Shown here piece after piece: positions 48,269 through 56,915 of a DNA stretch of 64,000 nucleotides. Source of the stretch: an uncultured Gemmatimonadales bacterium. GTDB lineage: Bacteria > Gemmatimonadota > Gemmatimonadetes > Gemmatimonadales > GWC2-71-9. The notes below the pieces were generated by a model. That model was not told the DNA's origin, did no database searches, and saw only the letters and a list, made by a program, of their open reading frames with translations. Location of the stretch: the NCBI GenBank assembly GCA_963771275.1, contig CAVYSW010000010.1, positions 128,001-192,000 on the forward strand, written 5' to 3'. The translations under genes were made by a program, and so were the position numbers. How positions within the stretch are numbered: the stretch's first letter is position 1; every line of letters starts with the position of its first letter.

Positions 48269-48754
48269 ATGAAAGAGAGAGCCCGTCCTGTGTCGCCCGA
48301 TCCTCTGGTTTCGGCCCAGTCATCCCGTGCGAAGTCCACCGGCGGGAGCGGTCGCGCTCGCGCGTGGGCGTGGACCGCGCTCGCGGTGGTGCTCGGGACG
48401 GCGCTGCCGTTCTGGCCCTACCCGCACGCCTGCGGGTGGTGGCTCTGGCTGTATTGCGGCGCGGTGTTCGTGCTCCTGGTGGTGGGTCTCCGCGCCGCAC
48501 TGGTCACCTGGCACGAGCACGTGGGGTTGGCGCACGCGCTCGCGCTGCTCGCGATGCTGTGGGCGCTCGCGCTCGGGGCGGAGACGGTACTGCCGCGGGT
48601 GCGCTACACGAAGGCGAGCGGGACGTGGAACTGCGGGCCGGCCGCGCAGCCGCCGCCGGGGAACGCCACCGCTGAGCCGCGCGAGAGCGCGGGGCCGAGC
48701 CCCGGTGCCTCAGACTCGAGCAAGCCGAAGGGTCAGGACCAGACGCCCCGGTGA
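48269..48754 (+). CDS. Hypothetical membrane protein
   Basis: ATG 48269; three TM helices; stop overlaps the next start (GTGA). Confidence 0.55.
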   Translation: MKERARPVSPDPLVSAQSSRAKSTGGSGRARAWAWTALAVVLGTALPFWPYPHACGWWLWLYCGAVFVLLVVGLRAALVTWHEHVGLAHALALLAMLWALALGAETVLPRVRYTKASGTWNCGPAAQPPPGNATAEPRESAGPSPGASDSSKPKGQDQTPR

Positions 48755-49680
48755 CGCTCGCCTCGGCGCGACGTCCGCCAACGGGATCGCTCACGGCCGG
48801 CCACCTCGCCCTAGCCGCGGCGCAGGTCGCCTTCGGACTGTTCCCGATCTTCGGCCGGATCGTATATCGGCCGGGTGGCCTGACGCCGTTCGGTGTCCTC
48901 ACGTGGCGCCTCGTGGGGGGCTCGCTGGCGATCGGCGGCTTCGCGGCCCTGACCTACGGCCGGCGCGCGATCCCGGCTCGGGGCGACGTGGTCCGCGCGT
49001 TTGTGGGTGCCCTCCTTGGGGTCGGCATCAACCAAGGGCTGTTCCTGGTGGGGCTGTCGCGCTCCACGCCGATGAACGCAGGTCTCGTCATGGCGATGAT
49101 CCCGGCGTTCACCTTCGTGTTGGCGGCGGTCGTGGGGCAGGAGCGCTTCAGCCCGTCTCGCGCGGTCGGACTCGCGATGGCGCTGGCTGGCATGCTCCCG
49201 CTGCTGTTCGCGGGTGGCGTTGGTCGACTCGGGGCCTATGGCCTTGGCAACCTCCTCATGGCCGCCAACGCGCTGTCGTACTCGGGCTACCTCGTGGTCA
49301 CGAAGCCGCTCACGGAACGCTATCCGCCCCTCGTCGTGATCGCGTGGGCGTATGTCTTCTCGCTGATCTGCCTGCCGTTCGCGGCCGCCGGCCAGAAGCT
49401 CCTGCCGGATCCGGGGTTCACGGCGGCGTGGTGGTCGCTTGCCTACATCGTGGCGTTTCCCACGGTCATCGCCTACCTGCTCACCATGTTCGCGTTGACG
49501 CGGCTTCGGGCATCCACCACGGCGTTCTACGTGTTCTTTCAGCCGTTGGTGACCGGGATCGCGAGCTGGGCGATCTTCGGCGAGCAGCCGTCCGGCTACA
49601 TGCTGGTGGCGGCGACGGCGTTGTTCGTCGGGGTCTGGCTCGTCGCCCGGCACGCGGCCATCGCGGCACCCGCGGAGTGA
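48751..49680 (+). CDS. DMT/EamA family transporter
   Basis: About 10 TM helices, two EamA repeats, NQGLF..GL, P.FT..LA...G.E, QPLV. Confidence 0.88.
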   Translation: MTLASARRPPTGSLTAGHLALAAAQVAFGLFPIFGRIVYRPGGLTPFGVLTWRLVGGSLAIGGFAALTYGRRAIPARGDVVRAFVGALLGVGINQGLFLVGLSRSTPMNAGLVMAMIPAFTFVLAAVVGQERFSPSRAVGLAMALAGMLPLLFAGGVGRLGAYGLGNLLMAANALSYSGYLVVTKPLTERYPPLVVIAWAYVFSLICLPFAAAGQKLLPDPGFTAAWWSLAYIVAFPTVIAYLLTMFALTRLRASTTAFYVFFQPLVTGIASWAIFGEQPSGYMLVAATALFVGVWLVARHAAIAAPAE

Positions 49681-49716
49681 GCGGGGGAGGGCCCGTGGCC
49701 TGCGCGCGGAGCGTGA

Positions 49717-50904
49717 TCAGTCGTGGGTGGAGCGCGGACGGCTGGAGACGTGCTCGCCGATCAGGATCTTGCTGATCTCCTCGCGCTGAATCTGATTCGT
49801 GCCCTCGTAGATCTGCGTGATCTTGGCATCCCGCATGTACTTCTCGATCGGGTAGTCGCGCATGTAGCCGTAGCCGCCGAACACCTGTACGGCGTCGGTG
49901 GTGACCTGCATGGCCACGTCGGACGCGAAACACTTCGACATCGCGGAGTACATCGTCGGGCGCTCCTTCGGCTGCGAATCGACGTAGCGGGCGGTCGCGT
50001 AGAGCAGCGCGCGGGCGGCCTCCACCCGCATGGCCATGTCCGCCAACAGAAAGCGCAGGCCCTGGAAGGAGGACACCGGTGACCCGAACTGACGTCGGGT
50101 GATCGCGTAATCCACGGCGAGATCGAGCGCCCCCTGCGCGATGCCCAGTGCCTGGGCGCCCACCCCCGGGCGCGACGCGTCGAACGTGCGCATCGCCGTG
50201 ATGAACCCGCTGCCCTCCTTCCCGATGAGGTTCTCGGCGGGAACCCGGCAATCCTCGAAGATCAGCTCACGCGTCGCCGACGCGCGGATCCCCATCTTGT
50301 CTTCCTTCTTCCCAAACGTGAATCCGGGCGTGCCCTTCTCCACGAGGATGGTGCTCGCCCCGCGCGGTCCCTTGGCCGGGTTGGTCATCACCACCACCGT
50401 GTAGATCTCGGCCTCGCCGCCGCCGGTGATCCACAGCTTCGTGCCGTTCAGGACGTAGTGGTTGCCGTCACGCAGGGCCGTGGTGCGGATCCCCCCGGCG
50501 TCGGAGCCGGCCTGCGGCTCGGTCAGCCCGAAGGCCGCGAGCTTCCGGCCGGCGGCGATGTCGGGGAGGTACGTCCGCTTCTGCGGCTCGCTGCCGGACA
50601 GGATGATCGGCAGGGCACCCAGGGCGCTCCCCGCGAAGGCGAGCGCGATCCCGCCGCACGCCTTCGACAGCTCTTCCGTCACCAGCACCATGTTCATGGT
50701 TCGGGAGCCCCCCGCAATCCCCCCGTACGCGTCGTCCACGAACACGCCGAACAGGTCGGCCGCGGCGATCTTCCGCACCACCGGCCAGGGGAACTCACCG
50801 GTGCGGTCGTACTCGGCCGCGACGGGGCGGACCTCGGCGTCCGCCAGGGTGCGCGCGAGGTCCCGGATGGCGCCCTGCTCTTCGGTGAGTCCGTAGTCCA
50901 GCAC
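49717..50904 (-). CDS. Acyl-CoA dehydrogenase
   Basis: [65 protein letters not shown]. Confidence 0.95.
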   Translation of the reverse strand: MLDYGLTEEQGAIRDLARTLADAEVRPVAAEYDRTGEFPWPVVRKIAAADLFGVFVDDAYGGIAGGSRTMNMVLVTEELSKACGGIALAFAGSALGALPIILSGSEPQKRTYLPDIAAGRKLAAFGLTEPQAGSDAGGIRTTALRDGNHYVLNGTKLWITGGGEAEIYTVVVMTNPAKGPRGASTILVEKGTPGFTFGKKEDKMGIRASATRELIFEDCRVPAENLIGKEGSGFITAMRTFDASRPGVGAQALGIAQGALDLAVDYAITRRQFGSPVSSFQGLRFLLADMAMRVEAARALLYATARYVDSQPKERPTMYSAMSKCFASDVAMQVTTDAVQVFGGYGYMRDYPIEKYMRDAKITQIYEGTNQIQREEISKILIGEHVSSRPRSTHD

Positions 50905-50917
50905 GAGGCGGGCTCCT

Positions 50918-51667
50918 TTACGGGCCGGCGGCGGGGGCGTCCTGCCACAGGAACGGTTCCTGGACCCACGTCTTGCCTTCCTGGAACAGCAACCGCACGC
51001 GTTGGTCCGGGTTGCGCTCGTCGAACGAGCTCACCTCCACCGCCCCCACGAGGGTTCCGACATCGGCGAGGGCGTTGAGCTGCGCGACCAGCACCCGCGC
51101 GTCGAGGTTCACGTCGCGCATCTCGACGGCGACGGTCCGGCCCGCGCGGTCGGTGGAAGCACGGAAATCCCCTTCGGGATAGAGCCCCTCGAACGTGTCT
51201 GCCGCGCGCTGCATGTCCTTGGCCGCCTGGGTGGCGTCCGCCGCCCCGAAGGTGACGCGCCCATTCAGCCGGCAGACCCACGGAGGGATCGGGATTTCCC
51301 GCCCATCGGAGTACGGTGCCCTGCGGGAGTCGGTGTAGCTCGGGTGCGCCCAGTCGATGCGGACCCCGCCGCCCCGCTCGACCCGGAGCCGAACGACGTG
51401 CGGGCTGTCTACCGTATGCGCGTATAGGTCGCCGCCCGTGATCCCGACGTGTAGCTCGATCGGGATCTCACCAAGCACGTGGACGAGCTCCTTCACAATG
51501 GTGGGGAGACTGGGTCCGGACGTCGGCTGGACGTGGCGCACCACGATCGCCGTCGCCTGTGGGTCGAACTCGAGCCACTCGCCGGGCAGGGCGGCGAGTC
51601 GCTGCTGCACGTCGTCCGGCAGGGCGCCGAGCACGACGCGCCCGTGACATCCCTCATCGTGGAACAT
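50918..51667 (-). CDS. Hypothetical protein
   Basis: 249-aa ORF with protein-like composition, GAGG RBS, co-oriented with the acyl-CoA dehydrogenase. Confidence 0.6.
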   Translation of the reverse strand: MFHDEGCHGRVVLGALPDDVQQRLAALPGEWLEFDPQATAIVVRHVQPTSGPSLPTIVKELVHVLGEIPIELHVGITGGDLYAHTVDSPHVVRLRVERGGGVRIDWAHPSYTDSRRAPYSDGREIPIPPWVCRLNGRVTFGAADATQAAKDMQRAADTFEGLYPEGDFRASTDRAGRTVAVEMRDVNLDARVLVAQLNALADVGTLVGAVEVSSFDERNPDQRVRLLFQEGKTWVQEPFLWQDAPAAGP

Positions 51668-51915
51668 GGCGAACCCTCAACCAGGAACTGCGGTTCCGCC
51701 GGTCCGGGCCGGCTGGGTGAGGCGGCGCGACGCCGCCGGGGGGAAGTCTGCCCCACCAGGGCGGGCAAGTCAACGCGGTCTTCGCCGCCTCGACCCAGCC
51801 TGAGACATCGATGGAACGGTGGTTGGCGGTGCGCGTCCGGGGGGAGGTCGCTGGGGACGGCACGCTCCACGGTGAGCCGTGGGAATCGTGGCCGGTGCGG
51901 TGGGGGGACGAGGCG

Positions 51916-52215
51916 CTACGCGACCGGGCGACGGTCGATCAGGCGGCGCTCCGCGGCACGACGCTCGCGCGCCGCGCGCCGCGTCGATCCGCTCCGTCGG
52001 TCGTCCGCGCCCGACACGAGCGCGGCCGGCAGCTCCGCCCGACGCTCGCCGCGGGTCCGGCGGTCGACGCCGGTGCGGCGGTCTGCCAGGATCCCTGATG
52101 CAAACCAGAAGGTGCGGCGCTGGTACCAGCGGTTCTCTTCGGACGGCTGCGTCACGCGTTCCCCCAACGGCATTCGGTTTGGCAATCCCGAGTTCACAAG
52201 ATGGAGAATCGTCAT
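51916..52215 (-). CDS. Small protein with tandem (D/E)RR repeats
   Basis: ADRRTGVDRRTRGERRAE...DDRRSGSTRRAARERRAAERRLIDRR; start 52215 or 52173. Confidence 0.55.
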   Translation of the reverse strand: MTILHLVNSGLPNRMPLGERVTQPSEENRWYQRRTFWFASGILADRRTGVDRRTRGERRAELPAALVSGADDRRSGSTRRAARERRAAERRLIDRRPVA

Positions 52216-52351
52216 GCATCTGACCAGTAGTGTCCCGTGCCCTTCCGCCGCAAGTCGGGTGCCGAGGCTGCTTCATCTTTCCTTCCCGGCAAGTTCACCC
52301 CGGTTTCACGACGGGGCAGAGAACGTTCACAAGTCAGGGCCGGGAGCGCAC

Positions 52352-52549
52352 ATGGCGAGAGTTGGTGAGCTGGAGCCAACGGGAGCGGCGCCGTTCGACG
52401 AGGCGGACTGCGGGCATCATCTGCCGTGCCCGGACTGGATCGTCGAGCAGGAGGCCTGGCAGCCCGCGGGTGACCTGGAGGAGCCGGAGCTCGATCCACC
52501 GGCCCACCTGCACGATCTCTGGATCGCGCTCGGCCTGGGCGAGGAGTAG
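52352..52549 (+). CDS. Small acidic hypothetical protein (65 aa)
   Basis: GGGAG RBS then ATG; MARVGELEP...DCGHHLPCPDW...LWIALGLGEE. Confidence 0.45.
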   Translation: MARVGELEPTGAAPFDEADCGHHLPCPDWIVEQEAWQPAGDLEEPELDPPAHLHDLWIALGLGEE

Positions 52550-52558
52550 CTGGCGGGG

Positions 52559-53038
52559 TCAGCCCGTTTCGTGCCAGGCGACCTCGGCCCGATAGCCGCA
52601 GCCGGGGCACTGCAGGTGTGACGGTTCACCCTTGACTGGGATGCGGTGCCCCGACGCGGGGCACACCGCGTACTTGTGCCCCAGATCCCGGCGCGTCCCG
52701 CGCGCGGGGTTTTTTTCGTCCCTGCCGCGGCACACCACCGTGAACTGCCTCGGACGACTGTCGCGGAGCTCCACCAGGTGCTTCGAGAGCTTCACCTGCC
52801 GGTGGCGCACCTCCAGGACGATTTCCTCGCCCGTGGCGACCACCGGATACCAGGCCCCTGAGCGGAGCATCGGGCGCGTATGGGGACGGGCGACCGCCCA
52901 GAGACGTGCCCACCCCATGGCATGCTGCTGTTCGCGGGTCCCCTGGCGTACGCTGATCACGGGTTCGGGATCGGTGGGAGGGGCGTCGCAGACGGCACGT
53001 GGCTTGGGCATAGGCATCTTCGGGTGGAGAGACGGCAT
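52559..53038 (-). CDS. Hypothetical protein with C-terminal Zn ribbon
   Basis: GWAR...LRSGAWYPV...FTVV...YAVCP.SG.R...CPGCG; start may be at 52918. Confidence 0.6.
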   Translation of the reverse strand: MPSLHPKMPMPKPRAVCDAPPTDPEPVISVRQGTREQQHAMGWARLWAVARPHTRPMLRSGAWYPVVATGEEIVLEVRHRQVKLSKHLVELRDSRPRQFTVVCRGRDEKNPARGTRRDLGHKYAVCPASGHRIPVKGEPSHLQCPGCGYRAEVAWHETG

Positions 53039-53039
53039 A

Positions 53040-53509
53040 TCATGCGATCCGGAACCCCCGCCATCCGTGACTCGGCTTACAATCCGGCCCGTTCGGGCGC
53101 GGGACGCGTGTCCCGGCGGGGTCGCGCGCCGATCCAGCGCCGGAATACCAGCAAGGCCACAAAGTCATACGCGGCGTGCACGATCAGCGGGATGAGGAGG
53201 TTGCCCGGTTAGGGCGAATGCCGCACCAAGGTAGAGCCCCAACGCCGTCGCCATCACGCCGTAGGCGATGCTGATCGCGTGGGCGGCACCGAACAGGGCG
53301 CCCACCAGCCCTACTGCCGCGACCGGACCGAGCCGCTCGCCGAGCGCCGTCTGAAGCAGTCCCCGGAACAGGGCTTCTTCTCCCACACCCGCCGCCACGG
53401 CGAGTGCCAGGAGGCCCGCGACGCTGATCCGGGCCAGCCCAAGTAGTGCCGCCTCGGCAGCGAGGCCAGCCGGGAAGAGGGGGAGAGACCACCGAACCGC
53501 AAGTCGCAT
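53040..53509 (-). pseudogene. CPBP (CAAX/Abi) intramembrane metalloprotease, frameshifted and apparently internally deleted
   Basis: GVGEEALFRG and LFGAAH in one frame; final motif NLLIPLIVHAAYD in another frame after an extra G near 53204-53206. Confidence 0.7.
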
Positions 53510-53677
53510 GTGTGGTTGCCGATTGTGGCTCAAGCGCGACTCTGTCGCATGCTCACATCCAGCCGAGCGCTGGAGGGCGCCTGGAGGCCTACGTATCAGG
53601 TCGCTGGCATGAATCTAATGTCATACTCCAGAATGACTTACCGAGCTTGCACGGACCGGGTGCCCGGAATCCGCGGG

Positions 53678-53693
53678 TGGCACGTGGTGTGCT
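53678..53693 (+). promoter_or_regulatory. Sigma54 (-24/-12) promoter of the PEP-CTERM gene
   Basis: TGGCACG-tggt-GTGCT versus consensus TGGCACG-N4-TTGCW. Confidence 0.6.
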
Positions 53694-53760
53694 ACTCGTC
53701 ACGTCGGCGGCGTCTGCCGTGGCGGCTCAATGGGTCTTGGATTCACGTACGGGGGTACTG

Positions 53761-54486
53761 ATGAAGCGCGTTCTGTCGGCCGTTTTCCTCTGCACCATCC
53801 TCGCCGTTTCCGGAGTTGCGGCGCAGAGCGTGACCCTCAAGTCCGCGAATCCCTACGGTACCGTGACGGGGTTCGGGGTCTATGTCGGCCCCTACCAACT
53901 CCAGTTCAACCCGTCGCCCTTCTCCGGATTGCCGGGTCAGCCGATCTTGGACGCGTTCTGCGTCGATTTCGGGCACGAGGTCAGCATCGGGCAGACGTGG
54001 ACCGCCCGGGTGACCTCCATGGGGGACCTTGATGGGATTCACCAGTACACCCGCCAGGGGATTCTCATTCCCGGCGACGTGCTGATGGCCCAGCGGAACT
54101 ACCTGGCATCTGCCTGGCTCGCCACGCAGATGACCAGCACCAACACGTCCGACTGGCAGTGGTACCACGGTGCGATCTGGCACATCATGGGCGCGGGCGG
54201 CAATGAGGTCCTGGAGACTGGTGAACCGTTCTTCGACAGGTACAATCCACTCGTCGACAAGTCGTCGATCGACCAGAAAGTCTCGGACGCCCTTACCTAC
54301 GGCTATCAGCGTGTGAGTGGAGATGATTGGGTGATCGTCACGCCAAGCCCGGACTTCGCCACCACCACCAGCGCCCAGGAGTTCATCACCCGCAACGTCG
54401 TGCCGGAGCCCGCGACCCTCATTCTCCTTGCGAGTGGTCTCCTCGCCCTGGGGCTCGTGGCGTACTTCCGGAGTGGCCTTGCCTGA
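53761..54486 (+). CDS. PEP-CTERM exosortase-sorted surface protein
   Basis: Signal peptide MKRVLSAVFLC...AAQ; YVGPY, FCVDF; C-terminal VVPEPATLILLASGLLALGLVAYFR. Confidence 0.9.
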   Translation: MKRVLSAVFLCTILAVSGVAAQSVTLKSANPYGTVTGFGVYVGPYQLQFNPSPFSGLPGQPILDAFCVDFGHEVSIGQTWTARVTSMGDLDGIHQYTRQGILIPGDVLMAQRNYLASAWLATQMTSTNTSDWQWYHGAIWHIMGAGGNEVLETGEPFFDRYNPLVDKSSIDQKVSDALTYGYQRVSGDDWVIVTPSPDFATTTSAQEFITRNVVPEPATLILLASGLLALGLVAYFRSGLA

Positions 54487-54514
54487 TCAGGGTCACTGAC
54501 CTTGAATGCGGGTG

Positions 54515-54550
54515 CGAACGGGCTGATGTTTCAGCCCGTTCGTCGTTTTC
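54515..54550 (+). terminator. Rho-independent terminator
   Basis: CGAACGGGCTGA-tgtt-TCAGCCCGTTCG followed by tcgttttc. Confidence 0.75.
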
Positions 54551-54578
54551 GCGACCCGAACTGAGGTGGCTCAATATC

Positions 54579-55103
54579 ATGGCCGACCGACCACGCAGCG
54601 TGCTGCAGTACCTCGCCTGGCCCAACTACTTCGTGGCACTGCTCCTCATCGTGCTGCCGTTCGTGGATCTCGTGACCAACGTGTGGCCGGTGCGGCTGTC
54701 GGCCCTCGAGTGGCGCTACGGGACGCTGGGGCTGCTGTCCGGCTTCACCCTCACCCCGCTCCTGGGCATCGTGCTCGCGGTCGCGTCGGCCGCCCTGCTC
54801 GACCATCGGCTGCTCCAGCGGATCATCGGGTTCCTCAATCTGCTGGGCGCGGTGGCGCTCGTGGTCGTCATCGTGCTGTTCGCGCTCGACTGGCTGCAAC
54901 TGCGCGCCTCGGTCGAGCCCGATCCGCGGCGGGGCATGGACATCGGTGCCCTGAAGGCGCTGGCCAAGCACGCGCTCGTGGCGGTGGCGCTCGGATGGCT
55001 TGGGATCGCCGGTCTTCGGGCGACTCGCGGGGAAACGGGCTCGCGCGCTCGGCGCAAGCCCGCGCCGTTGGTGCGGGAGCCGCAGGGCGAGCCGGGCCAA
55101 TGA
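54579..55103 (+). CDS. Hypothetical 4-TM membrane protein
   Basis: ATG 54579 after GAGG; WP......WRYG..GL motif and four hydrophobic helices. Confidence 0.7.
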   Translation: MADRPRSVLQYLAWPNYFVALLLIVLPFVDLVTNVWPVRLSALEWRYGTLGLLSGFTLTPLLGIVLAVASAALLDHRLLQRIIGFLNLLGAVALVVVIVLFALDWLQLRASVEPDPRRGMDIGALKALAKHALVAVALGWLGIAGLRATRGETGSRARRKPAPLVREPQGEPGQ

Positions 55104-55122
55104 GTGGCCCGAGCTGATCCCC

Positions 55123-55521
55123 TCAGGAAGGCTCGGGGATCGGATCGGTGGAAAAGACGAGAGCTGCGCGACACGCGCGGCACGTGAGCGGCGCCGGTGG
55201 CTCCCACGCTTCCGGCGCCGCCAACGTCTGTCTCGCGCCGCACTCCGGGCAGTTCCCGATCACCTCCACGACGACCTGCTCGATGCGGTAGCGCCGCACG
55301 GCGCTGTAGATCCCGAACGCGGCGAACCCCGCCACCAGCATCAAGCGGCCAACCGGCAGGAACGCGGACATGGCGGCCGCGGCCCACCAGGCCGCCAACC
55401 CGAGCCAGGCTCGGCGCCGTCGCTCGCCGGGGCCGAACTGCACGACATGGATCTCCGCCGGGCCGGAGCGCCCTCCGCTCCCCGAAACCGCCCCGCCGAT
55501 CGACACGCGTGTGTACTCCAC
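55123..55521 (-). CDS. Hypothetical membrane protein with Zn ribbon
   Basis: 3' part of ORF 55123..56463: two TM helices, then CPECG...CRACR. Start uncertain. Confidence 0.55.
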   Translation of the reverse strand: MEYTRVSIGGAVSGSGGRSGPAEIHVVQFGPGERRRRAWLGLAAWWAAAAMSAFLPVGRLMLVAGFAAFGIYSAVRRYRIEQVVVEVIGNCPECGARQTLAAPEAWEPPAPLTCRACRAALVFSTDPIPEPS

Positions 55522-55695
55522 GAGGAGCGAATCTAGCGAGCCGTGTCCCGAAGAGTCAGCACCGCTCGACCCCAGGCCGCCGTGAGTGGGTGCGTCGCGG
55601 GGCTCCCGGTGTAGGTTCCCTGTGTCCCGGTTGCCCCCCGACCCGAGGCAAGCGCGCAGTTGCCGCTCCGGGACGCGAAAGGTAGACTCGGCGGC

Positions 55696-56379
55696 ATGAC
55701 AGACGGAGATCCGCGATTCGTACCGCTGCAGTTCGCCCGACTGCCCGAGGAGGCGATGCTGGCCGCGGGACGTCGGTTCCGCGAGCTGATGGAGCGGCGG
55801 CGCTCCGTGCGCGCGTTCTCGCCCGATCCGGTACCCTGGGAGTGCATCGAGCTTGCCATCCGGACGGCCTGCACGGCGCCCTCCGGTGCCCACCGTCAGC
55901 CATGGCGGTTCGTGGTGGTGGATGATCCGCAGCTCAAGCGGGAGATCCGCCTGGTCGCCGAACGGGAGGAGCGCGAGAACTACGAGCGGCGGTATCCCGC
56001 GGAGTGGAAGGAGGCGATCGCGCCGCTCGGCACGGACTGGCACAAGCCGTTTCTCGAGACGGCGCCGTATCTGGTCGTGGTGTTCAAGGAGCTCCACGGG
56101 GTGCGGCCGGACGGAACCCCGATCACCAACTACTACGTCAACGAGAGCGTCGGGATCGCGTGCGGCCTGTTCATCGCGGCGCTGCACGAGATGGGGCTCG
56201 TGACGCTGACGCACACACCGAGCCCGATGGAATTCCTGTCGGAGCTGCTCGGCCGGCCGGCCAACGAGAAACCGTACGTGCTGTTCCCCGTCGGCTATCC
56301 GGCGGCGAACGCCGTGGTGCCGGACCTGACGCGGAAGTCGCTCGACGAGGTCGTGCAATGGAATCGCGGCGCCCCATGA
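55696..56379 (+). CDS. Nitroreductase superfamily, iodotyrosine deiodinase (IYD)-like
   Basis: RRSVRAFS, TAPSGAHRQPW, AEREERENY, GTDWHKPFLETAP, YYVNESVGIACG, LTHTPSPM.FL, VPDL.RK. Confidence 0.85.
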   Translation: MTDGDPRFVPLQFARLPEEAMLAAGRRFRELMERRRSVRAFSPDPVPWECIELAIRTACTAPSGAHRQPWRFVVVDDPQLKREIRLVAEREERENYERRYPAEWKEAIAPLGTDWHKPFLETAPYLVVVFKELHGVRPDGTPITNYYVNESVGIACGLFIAALHEMGLVTLTHTPSPMEFLSELLGRPANEKPYVLFPVGYPAANAVVPDLTRKSLDEVVQWNRGAP

Positions 56380-56900
56380 AGGCGTCTGTCGTGGTGCGGA
56401 CGGCGCTGCCCGTCGCGTTGATCGGTGTGGTGCTCGTGGCCTGCCGGCTCGAGGTGGCCCCACCCAGGGAGCGCGCGCCGAGCACGCGCGGCGCGGACAC
56501 CACGATGGTCCTTGCAGAGCTGCGGGCCTATTACCGCGACTTCAGTGACCGGAATTGGACCGCGTTCGGCGGGCACTTCTGGCCCGGAGCGGACATCACC
56601 ACCATCTGGCAGCCGCCCGGGGAGGACAGCCCCCGGGTGGTGGCGACGTCGGTGCCCGAGTTCGTGGCGCAGGCGCCGCGTGGCCCCGGCAGCCGCGCGA
56701 TCTTCGAGGAGCGCATGCTGGATGCACGGATCACCACGACGGGGGATCTCGCGCAGGCGTGGGTGCGCTATCGCGCGACGTTCGGGAATCCCGGCCAGGT
56801 GTCCGAGTGGGAGGGTACCGACGCGTTTACACTGCTGCGCCACCGCGGGCAGTGGCGCATCGCGAGCCTCGCGTTCCTGGCGAGCGGCCCGGGGTCCTGA
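56376..56900 (+). CDS. NTF2/SnoaL-like lipoprotein
   Basis: Lipobox LVA-C; YY.DFS..NW..F..HF, A.AWVRY, GTDAFTL....GQWRI.SL. Confidence 0.7.
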   Translation: MKASVVVRTALPVALIGVVLVACRLEVAPPRERAPSTRGADTTMVLAELRAYYRDFSDRNWTAFGGHFWPGADITTIWQPPGEDSPRVVATSVPEFVAQAPRGPGSRAIFEERMLDARITTTGDLAQAWVRYRATFGNPGQVSEWEGTDAFTLLRHRGQWRIASLAFLASGPGS

Positions 56901-56915
56901 GTCTCGGCACCGGCG

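Noticed and set aside
51811..52098. 95-aa + strand ORF
   Set aside because: No motif or clear RBS, and it overlaps the better-patterned DRR-repeat ORF on the opposite strand.
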